Source: an uncultured Candidatus Saccharibacteria bacterium
GTDB lineage: Bacteria; Patescibacteriota; Minisyncoccia; Phycocordibacterales; UBA2100
Length of the DNA: 64,000 nucleotides
Direction: 5' to 3'
NCBI GenBank assembly: GCA_964594735.1
Contig: CAZQMS010000001.1
Span: 62,523-126,522 of the forward strand
Of this stretch, positions 27,535 to 35,300 are shown one piece after another. The notes beneath the pieces are model-generated. The model had not been told where the DNA came from and did no database searches. It saw nothing but the letters and a program-made list of their open reading frames with translations. How positions within the stretch are numbered: the first letter of the stretch is position 1; each line of letters begins with the position of its first letter. The translations under genes and the position numbers were made by a program.

Positions 27535-29019
27535 CTAGCCCAGCATCTTGACCTCTTTCGCACGCGCGCCGATATCTATCGGATACTTTCCGGTAAAGCA
27601 CGAGGTGCAGAATTGCTCTTCAAGCAACCCCGTAGCGCGAATCATGCCTTCGTAGGAGAGATACGCGAGCGATGTGGCGCCAAGAAACTCGCGCATCTCA
27701 GAGACACTCTTCACCGCACCGAGCAAATCGGCTTGCTTCGGCGTATCGATGCCGTAAAAGTCGGGGTACCGCACCGGAGGTGATGAGGAGAGGAAGTGCA
27801 CTTCCTTTGCGCCACTTTCAAAAAGCATCGCGATAATTTTCTTGGAGGTCGTGCCGCGCACGATGGAATCATCAAGAATTATAAGCTTCTTTCCGCGGAT
27901 GATTTCGCCAATCGGCGTCAGCTTTGCTTTGACACCCTGGTCGCGTATGTGCTGCTCTGGCTGAATAAATGTCCGGTGGATATACCGATTCTTCGTAAGT
28001 GCCATTTCAAAAGGTATGCCGCTTTCCTGAGCGAAACCAATGGCAGCGGGCACCGCCGTTTCGGGGACAGGTATGACGATGTCGGCATCTATCGTGTTCT
28101 CGCGCGCCAGTTCGACTCCGAACTGTTTGCGCACTTCATACACCGAGCGGCCGAGCAGCGTGCTGTCGGGACGGGCAAAATAGACAAACTCGAAGATGTC
28201 GAGCTTCTGCGACGCAGGAGCGAGCTGTTCGCTCCTTGTGCCACTCTCATCGATGACGAGCATCTCTCCCGGCATAATGTCCCGCACAAATTCCGCACCG
28301 ATAGGATGGAAGGCGCACGTCTCAGACGCGAGGACGTAGCCACCGTTGAGTTTTGCGAGCGAAAGCGGCCGGATGCCGCAGCTGTCTCTCAGCGCGATGA
28401 GCTTTTTCTCCGTCATTATCAGAATTGAGAATGCGCCTGTCATAAGCGGGAAAACGCTGCGCACCGCATCTTCTAGTATTGCGCCGCCGCGCATGTGACC
28501 AGCGATTGCCTCTACTATCATGCGCGAATCGGAGAACTCCGCATGCACTATCCCCTCTGCGTCCAGATATGCGGCCAGCTGCGCCGTGTCTGGGAGGTTG
28601 CCATTGTGCACGAGTGCGATCGCTTCATCGCCCGGCGCGGAGCAGAGCGAGACCGATGCATTGAGCGATGGATTGGGGTCATCGTACGTGACCTTCTGAA
28701 GCGCACCCGCGCCTGCGGCGAGCATCGGCTGCGCGTGCTTCACCTTGGAGCCACCCGTGGTCGAGTAGCGATTGTGGCCGACCGCGATGTGCCCCTTCAG
28801 ATTCTGTATGAGCTCTTCCGAGAACACCTGTGAGACGAGACCCATGCCCTTGTGCAAAGTAAGACTTTCGCCGTCGGCACAGGCGATTCCCGCGCTCTCC
28901 TGACCGCGGTGCTGCAGCGCATAGAGGCCGAAAAATGAAAGGCGGCTCACATCGAGCCCCTTGCCATACACGCCAAAGACTGCGCACTTCTCTCCCAGTC
29001 GCTCCTCCATGCGAGGCAT
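27535..29019 (-). CDS. purF: Amidophosphoribosyltransferase (glutamine-PRPP amidotransferase)
   Basis: 494 aa; 11-residue propeptide before catalytic Cys (MPRMEERLGEK-CAVFG) as in B. subtilis-type PurF; C-terminal Cys cluster consistent with an Fe-S site. Confidence 0.95.
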   Translation of the reverse strand: MPRMEERLGEKCAVFGVYGKGLDVSRLSFFGLYALQHRGQESAGIACADGESLTLHKGMGLVSQVFSEELIQNLKGHIAVGHNRYSTTGGSKVKHAQPMLAAGAGALQKVTYDDPNPSLNASVSLCSAPGDEAIALVHNGNLPDTAQLAAYLDAEGIVHAEFSDSRMIVEAIAGHMRGGAILEDAVRSVFPLMTGAFSILIMTEKKLIALRDSCGIRPLSLAKLNGGYVLASETCAFHPIGAEFVRDIMPGEMLVIDESGTRSEQLAPASQKLDIFEFVYFARPDSTLLGRSVYEVRKQFGVELARENTIDADIVIPVPETAVPAAIGFAQESGIPFEMALTKNRYIHRTFIQPEQHIRDQGVKAKLTPIGEIIRGKKLIILDDSIVRGTTSKKIIAMLFESGAKEVHFLSSSPPVRYPDFYGIDTPKQADLLGAVKSVSEMREFLGATSLAYLSYEGMIRATGLLEEQFCTSCFTGKYPIDIGARAKEVKMLG

Positions 29020-29037
29020 TGTAACAGACCGAAATAA

Positions 29038-29484
29038 TCAGATTGTGCGCAGAAGCTCTCGCAGTTCTGCAATCGAATGCACGGTGTATTGAGGCAAGCA
29101 TGGCGGAGTGCCGTCGGCAATCGCACCGAATCGAGACTGCTGGAACCACACCGTCTTCATGCCGAGTTCTCCGCCGACACAAATTTCATCGCTCAGCATA
29201 TCGCCCACTATGACGCATTCCTTGGGATCGAGATTGTGGGAGTCGAGTATGTGCCTCAAATTCTCGGGCGTCTTTTTTTCTACAAAGTGCGCGTCGGCAA
29301 AATAGTCGCTAATACCGAGCTGGTCGAGCAGGGCCTTTCTGTCCCAGCTTTTCCTACTAAAGAGGATAAGCGGCCTGTCCCGCTGAAGCTCTTCAAGCAT
29401 CGGTGTAACACCTTGGTAGAGCGCGTATATCGTCGGATCGAAGAGCGTCCGATTAAAATCAAAAATTACAGCGCCTTTTGCCAT
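29038..29484 (-). CDS. HAD-superfamily hydrolase (small, ~148 aa)
   Basis: VIFDFNRTLFD motif I; GDMLSDE motif IV region. Confidence 0.7.
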   Translation of the reverse strand: MAKGAVIFDFNRTLFDPTIYALYQGVTPMLEELQRDRPLILFSRKSWDRKALLDQLGISDYFADAHFVEKKTPENLRHILDSHNLDPKECVIVGDMLSDEICVGGELGMKTVWFQQSRFGAIADGTPPCLPQYTVHSIAELRELLRTI

Positions 29485-29543
29485 ACGGATAATTCTTATT
29501 GAAAGTGCTGCAAGTATGAAGACGTTTGAACACTACACGTCTG

Positions 29544-29918
29544 TCATGGAATTTGTGGTGAAGTATTTCCCCTGTTTACGTGCATAAGCGCGAGTGCGAG
29601 CGCCGCAGCGGCGATAGAGACATCTCGGAAGAGCACCTCAAAGGTGTAGAAATCGACAATGACTATGGCGAGGAGCATCACAGCAGCAGCAATGGACGGC
29701 CAAAAAATACGCCAACCAGAGAGAATCCAGAGCGCTATCACGACTTCAATCACCCCAAAGCCATGCAAAAGCACTTCGTCGGGTACGTAGCCAAAGGCCC
29801 ACGCGGGAAAGTACCCCAGCCAGGAGTACGGGTTCCAGATAGCGTTGATGGGCGGGTAGAGGAAAGCAAACGCGACTCCGCCTCGCAAAAGAAGATCCGC
29901 CATCCTGTGCGTGTCCAT
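29544..29918 (-). CDS. DoxX-like membrane protein
   Basis: 124 aa; 3-4 TM helices; LLLRGGVAFAFLY... pattern. Confidence 0.5.
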   Translation of the reverse strand: MDTHRMADLLLRGGVAFAFLYPPINAIWNPYSWLGYFPAWAFGYVPDEVLLHGFGVIEVVIALWILSGWRIFWPSIAAAVMLLAIVIVDFYTFEVLFRDVSIAAAALALALMHVNRGNTSPQIP

Positions 29919-29930
29919 GCCAAAAGTATA

Positions 29931-30911
29931 TCAAAGCAGTGCCGACACGCTCGCTGCCTGCGAAGGCGCTGGGACTTCGCCCGTACCACGAGATGCATTG
30001 TATGCGAGGATACCGAGACCCATGACAAGAATGATAATGCCACCCAAGAGTATCTCAGTATGCAGATACTTGTTGCGTGCATGCGCAAGGACAGTAATCG
30101 AGTAGAGTACTGCGACGAGCGCAGTAAATGCAGTAACCATGTACCACACCAGTTGCGATGGCGACGTCGCAAGTACCGCGACGCTGTTCATTGCCGCTGC
30201 ATGAGAGGGCGAAGGTCGCGACTCATCGCCGAGGACTTGTGGCTGCGCGTCGCTTTGAACAATGATAGCGGGCTCTCGCGTCGGTACCTCTAAAATCTTT
30301 TCCTCGACAGGCACGCGAGACTCGCCCGCCCTTGGCTTTGCCGCAAGGAACTGCGCAATAAACGTAACCTCCCTGCCCTGGTACACACCTCTCGCAATTC
30401 CGAACCCGACATGCGTGTATTCGGACTTCAGAATATTTGCGCGGTGCGTTGGTGAATTCATCCAGGCGCGCTCCACATCAACCGATTCCTCAAAATCGAC
30501 CGCAAGATTCTCTCCAGCGTATGTATACGAGTACCCGGCACCATCTAGTATCTGCCGAAATGTCGTCCCATCAGGTGAGACGTGGGCGAAATATCCCCCA
30601 CGAGCCATGTCGTCTGCCTTTGCCTGGGCAGCTCTGGCGAGAGACGGGTCCTCTGTGAGCGTACTGAGCGCGTACGCAGCCCTGTCCGCGTTTGTGAGCG
30701 TGTAGAGAGCCGAGGGCAGCACCGATGCGGCAAATCCTTCACTCAGCATCACCACCTTGAGCTGCACGAGGTACGCGACCTCCACGAGAAGCAGCGCTAT
30801 GGCTATGGCTGCCACCGACTGCTTCGCAAACATTTTCGGACGGAACCCGTTGCCCGCATTCGGTAGGAAGAATTGCTTCGCGCGATGCGTGAGCTTTCTG
30901 CGCTTTGCCAT
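29931..30911 (-). CDS. CAP/SCP (PR-1-like) domain membrane protein
   Basis: N-terminal TM anchor, a CAP domain (…YAGENLAVDFEESVDVERAWMNSPTHRANILKSEYTHVGFGI…) and two C-terminal TM helices. ATG at 30911 is preferred over the track start at 30968. Confidence 0.7.
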   Translation of the reverse strand: MAKRRKLTHRAKQFFLPNAGNGFRPKMFAKQSVAAIAIALLLVEVAYLVQLKVVMLSEGFAASVLPSALYTLTNADRAAYALSTLTEDPSLARAAQAKADDMARGGYFAHVSPDGTTFRQILDGAGYSYTYAGENLAVDFEESVDVERAWMNSPTHRANILKSEYTHVGFGIARGVYQGREVTFIAQFLAAKPRAGESRVPVEEKILEVPTREPAIIVQSDAQPQVLGDESRPSPSHAAAMNSVAVLATSPSQLVWYMVTAFTALVAVLYSITVLAHARNKYLHTEILLGGIIILVMGLGILAYNASRGTGEVPAPSQAASVSALL

Positions 30912-30986
30912 CGGTTTTATGATAGCACCGCGAAGAGACCGTCCCGCTTCAAGCGGGGCCGTCTCCATGCTGACTCAAGTACCTCC

Positions 30987-31712
30987 CTATATTCTGCCGC
31001 GGCGAATGTACAGCCACGCAGCGAGCGCAGCAAGCACAACAAGTCCCAACACAACGTACAGCCAGTTGCTCTCAAGCAAGCCCGCCGCGGCAATCTGTTC
31101 AGTCGCAGTGGCATCGGACTCAGCTATGACGACGGGGGTTGAGGTCGACTCAGTGTCTGTGGGTTCTTCCTCGGCGACAGCCGTGCTTGCGGCCACCTGG
31201 GGTCGTACAGGTGCAGCCTCTTCCTCTGCGACCACGGGCGCAGGTGCTGGCGTAGCAATGGTCACTTGCGAAGCGCCTTGTGTCCCTGCAATTTTGTTAA
31301 CGCTCTGAGCGTCGTACGCTGCAGATCCAGACACAACTGAAATCGTTGCACTTCCGGCAGATTTTGCCCGGAACGTCATCGTACCGAATCGCTTTGTCTC
31401 AGTGAATCCTCCAGTAAAACCCGCTGACTGCGTCACCTTGCCGGAAGCATTATCTATCGAGTTCCCCGGCGGAGTAAGGGGCCAAGACGAGTCAATCGAG
31501 AAGTTCGTGACTTCTAACAGATTCGCTGGGTAGTTTACAATCGCCTTAACTGTGTAGATTTTGACTCCCTCAGGGTTCGCATTCACCGTCACCGAAAATG
31601 TCTGCCCCGGGGTCACACTCACCACTGTGGGAGCGAGTTGTATCGATGCCGCAGCTGCAGGGTGTGCGATGAGCAGAGCCGCGATTGCAAGAATGCTTAT
31701 CAAGGATTTCAT
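30987..31712 (-). CDS. Membrane-anchored cohesin-like domain protein (signal peptide, ~140-aa cohesin-like beta-sandwich, Ala/Glu/Pro-rich linker, C-terminal TM helix and RRGRI tail)
   Basis: Pattern GQTFSVTVNANPEGVKIYTVKAIVNYPANLLEV....GTMTFRAKSAGSATISVVSGSAAYD resembles cohesin domains. C-terminal TM helix WLYVVLGLVVLAALAAWLYI. Confidence 0.45.
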   Translation of the reverse strand: MKSLISILAIAALLIAHPAAAASIQLAPTVVSVTPGQTFSVTVNANPEGVKIYTVKAIVNYPANLLEVTNFSIDSSWPLTPPGNSIDNASGKVTQSAGFTGGFTETKRFGTMTFRAKSAGSATISVVSGSAAYDAQSVNKIAGTQGASQVTIATPAPAPVVAEEEAAPVRPQVAASTAVAEEEPTDTESTSTPVVIAESDATATEQIAAAGLLESNWLYVVLGLVVLAALAAWLYIRRGRI

Positions 31713-31714
31713 AG

Positions 31715-32338
31715 TTAGACGGTCCAGTTGACTACTAAGATGTTGAAGTCGAGGAGGTCGACGACACCGTCGTGATTTAGGTCTGAAGCCAAGCTCGAGC
31801 CTGTGCTACCCCACGCGACCACGAGCGCGTTGAAGTCGAGGAGGTCAACGATTCCGTCCGGCGTACCTGACGGACCAGTGAGGTCTCCGTTGGATTGTGC
31901 TGGTGTTGATGGCGGCAAAATCCCTCCACCACCACCACCGCCACCGCCTCCTCCGCCTCCGCCTCCGCCTCCGCTCGGTGCAGTGACGTTGATTCCATAG
32001 GCGAACGTACCTACCGTAGAAGCAACTGCGCTGTAACAGCCGACTGCGCGTATCGTGGCCGATGCGGAGACGCTAATCGCGCCAGAGTAGAGCGTCCCAG
32101 TAGAGCAAGTCGGAGCCGAGCTATCAATTGTGTAGCGAATAGAATCCGCATTCGGCGCCGAGAGTGTCACATTCTGTGCTTCGCTGTACGTGCCCGGTGC
32201 AGGCGACGCTGACGGCGTCGTCGCGACCGTCGCCTCAATCCCTGTCGAGACACCCGTCGATATCGTACCCGTGACCTCTGAGGCCGCTACAGGGAGCGCT
32301 AACCCGAGAGTGAGAATTACTGCAATGAATTGCTTCAT
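31715..32338 (-). CDS. Secreted protein: signal peptide, CHB_HEX_C-like (Fn3-like) domain, 17-Gly linker, C-terminal dockerin-like double repeat
   Basis: …GTYSEAQNVTLSAPNADSIRYTIDSSAPTCSTGTLYSGAISVSASATIRAVG… (CHB_HEX_C_1-like); G17; PDGIVDLLDFNALVVAW and DLNHDGVVDLLDFNILVVNW (DxNxDGxVDxxDxxxL calcium-loop repeats). Confidence 0.5.
   Translation of the reverse strand: MKQFIAVILTLGLALPVAASEVTGTISTGVSTGIEATVATTPSASPAPGTYSEAQNVTLSAPNADSIRYTIDSSAPTCSTGTLYSGAISVSASATIRAVGCYSAVASTVGTFAYGINVTAPSGGGGGGGGGGGGGGGGGILPPSTPAQSNGDLTGPSGTPDGIVDLLDFNALVVAWGSTGSSLASDLNHDGVVDLLDFNILVVNWTV
31922..31972 (-). repeat. Perfect tract of 17 consecutive glycine codons (GGN)17; simple-sequence repeat encoding the poly-Gly linker
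   Basis: Plus strand reads ccctccaccaccaccaccgccaccgcctcctccgcctccgcctccgcctcc; the antisense frame reads as poly-Pro (track ORF 31803..32000). Confidence 0.9.
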
Positions 32339-32357
32339 AGAATTCGTACGTTACTAG

Positions 32358-35300
32358 CTAGAACGGGTCAGGTCCACTGCCATCGTCCGATGCGACGCCG
32401 TAGCTCGCTGAGTATGAGCCGCCCGTGGTGCCAACCGGCACCTTCATTTCGACCGTGACCGCAATCTGCCTGCCCGCTGTACCACTGTCGAGATCGCTGT
32501 CGAGCTCAATGGCACCAGGGTACGTATCAGCACCTGCAATCGTGACAGCCTCAGTGTCATCCTCCGCTTCGCTCGATTGCGCTGTGTAGTAGCGGATGTT
32601 GTCGGCAGCATCTATGGTGTTGCCACCGCTGATGAAGTCTGCGAATTTCATCGCGAAGTCCGTTTCATCCGTCGGGACGGTGATGTAGAAGATCCAACTC
32701 CAGCCGTTCTCGAACGTATCGTCCGCTGTCGCGAATGTCTTGATTGCACTGATTCCGGTTACTTCGAGTATCGCCGTCGAATCATCGAACGTCGTCTCGA
32801 AAGTATTGTCACCAGAAGTCGTGGTATTGCCCGATGCATCCGTCGAGAGGACTCGGAAGTGGTACGTTGTCGAGCTATCGAGGCCGGTAATCGTTACCGA
32901 GTGGTTCAATACCCCGTCTGTAGCTACCGGAGTATCCGCGAGAACTGTGAGTGTGCCGTAGCCAGATGTTGGACCATATTCAACCTGTGAATCCGCACTC
33001 TCGTCTGTAACCCACTCAATCGTGACGCTCTCGTGATCAATCGACACAGCCTGAATGCCTTGGATAACAGGACCAGTACTATCATTGGAATCCGTTGTGA
33101 ATTCTACCTGGACTGCTTCCGAGGTGTTACCCGCCGCATCCTGACAGCGCACGAAGAAGTCGTACTCGGTGCCGTCACTGAGACCAGTAAGCTCGTACAG
33201 ATGGCCTGTATCCGGCGAGCCACCAGACAACTCCGTCGGCAGCGAGCCGAAGGCGGCATCGGTAGGACCCACGCGGCATACCGCGCTCTCGTTCACCGTT
33301 ATCTCAATATCCGCTTCAGTGTCTGTTACGTTGTTCGCGACGGCTGACACGACAGGCGCTGTCGAGTCGCTCGGTGTCTCGGTAATCGTCACTGAAGTAC
33401 TTTCGTCGCTGAGGTTACCTGAAATATCCATCGATCGCGCCGTGAACTCGTTGGCTCCATTCTGACTCAAGAGCGCGCTGATTGACCAATCAGTCTCTCC
33501 GGCACCAAGAATGTCAGTCCCTGCAGTGAGCCCGTTGTTGTAGAGCTTCACGAAGCGGACACTACCATCGTCTGCGAGCGTGCCGTAGACGTTGTAGACA
33601 TCAGCATCCAGAGAATCCGGCGCAATTCCGAGCGCGGGTACTGCTGGCGCCGTCAGGTCGAGACTCGCTGACTCGTTGTCACCGATATCAACACTGTTGC
33701 TCGCGACGCTTTCGTTTCCATTTGTGTCCTTCGACGTCGCTGTGAACGTGGATGTAGCGTTTTGTGTCAGTGGCACTACGACTGCCCAACTCGTCTGTCC
33801 TGTCGCGATAGTTACATCTCCGACAACATTAGCGCCGTTGAATACAGTAATTGTCCGAGGACCGTTGACCGGAGTATCTGCACCGGCGGTACCTGCAATG
33901 ACGTAGCTGTCGGCGTTGACCGTGGCCTCTACTGTTGTGATGACCGGTGCAGGTGGCGCGACCGTGTCGCTCAGGAGTGTCGTGAAGTTCACGCTCGCCT
34001 GCGAACTTTCGTTCGTTGCAGCGTCGCGGCAGCGGACATACATCGTGTATGCGGTGTTTTCTGTAAGGCCATCAACGTTGACGAGGTGCGTTGTGCTACC
34101 GCTGTCAAACGGATCCATATCGCCGTACGCCTCAGGTGTGTCGCTAATGCGGCAGACCGCGGGCTCGTTGGTTGTCACCGTAATGTCGGCTGAATCCGAG
34201 TCCACGTTGCTTGCGAGTATCGAGAGAATGAGCGGTGCGACAGTATCAATCTCTGTGGTGAAGCAGCGTACCTCAGTATCCTGCGTCGTTGTGTTGCCCG
34301 CCGCGTCGCGCACCGATCCCGAGAGAATCGTAAGGCAGTATGTCGTCCCGCCCGCGAGGCCTGCGTACGGCACCTCAAGGATGCGTGAGCTGTCGTTGCC
34401 GCCTTGCACTGCTATTGAGCCGGTCGTCTGGTAGTCAGTGCCGTCTGCCTGATCCTCCACGAAGACGCCATTCTGGTCGAGAAGCGTAATCATGTCTGAG
34501 CCCGCACCGTTGAACTGACGGAAGTGAGCAAAGAGAGTGCCGTCGCTGGTTGAGACTCCGGTCGAGAGGTGCGGCGGGTTGATGAATTCCAATACTGGTG
34601 CGCGTGTGTCCCAGATGAGGTTCATCGTGTCCGTGGCACTGTTCCCGGCTTCGTCTTCAGCGAAAAGCTGCAGCTCGTACACTCCATCCTGGTTTGTAGA
34701 GATGAGCGCCTGGATTGTCGCGGTTGTCGTGAACGAGACGGTGCCAGGACCGGTCACTTTAGACCACGTCACAAAGTCGAGTCCGCTACCGGCGTCGCTC
34801 GCCGAAGCAGTCGTCTGTGTGAAGGCTGCATTGATTTCATTGTCATCGCCGGCGCTCACTGAGGGATTAGTCCTGTCGTAGGTGATGTTGGTCCCCCCCG
34901 TAATCGCGGTGACTTGTGTACCGACGTTATGCGTCGGCGTAGCAACATCTTCAAAGTCGATGGCGAAAGCAATCTGCCCTTCAGGATCGTCGCCGTCCAT
35001 CACGAGGGTCGCCTGCCAGTTGTTGCTACCAAGGTCGCTGACTGTTGCCGATTCGCCCGCAATAGTGACCACAGGATCAACAGCGAGTTGTTCTGAGCCA
35101 GTGAACAGCAGTGTTACCGTGTTCCCCTCCTTGGCCCAGAGCGCGCCGTCCTTGGCATTGTTCGAAGAAATCGTGACCGATGTGAGTACCGGTGCGACAC
35201 CGTCAACAGCTTCGACAGTGACGGGCGTGACAGCAGTATTCGGAACGGCTGCGAGGTCATCGAGCTGGTCGACTTGTGTGTACGTCACGTCTGGAGTCGC

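Noticed and set aside
26654-28428. Plus-strand ORFs 26654..27346 (230 aa) and 27796..28428 (210 aa) antisense to the aminopeptidase and purF
   Set aside because: Shadow ORFs inside conserved genes; no RBS or promoter; no recognisable domains.
29580-30293. 237-aa plus-strand ORF antisense to the DoxX-like and CAP-domain genes
   Set aside because: His/Arg/Cys-rich low-complexity translation. The minus-strand genes have coherent TM and CAP-domain signatures.
31803-32000. 65-aa plus-strand ORF encoding a 17-residue poly-proline run
   Set aside because: It is the antisense reading of the (GGN)17 glycine linker in the dockerin-protein gene, not an independent gene.
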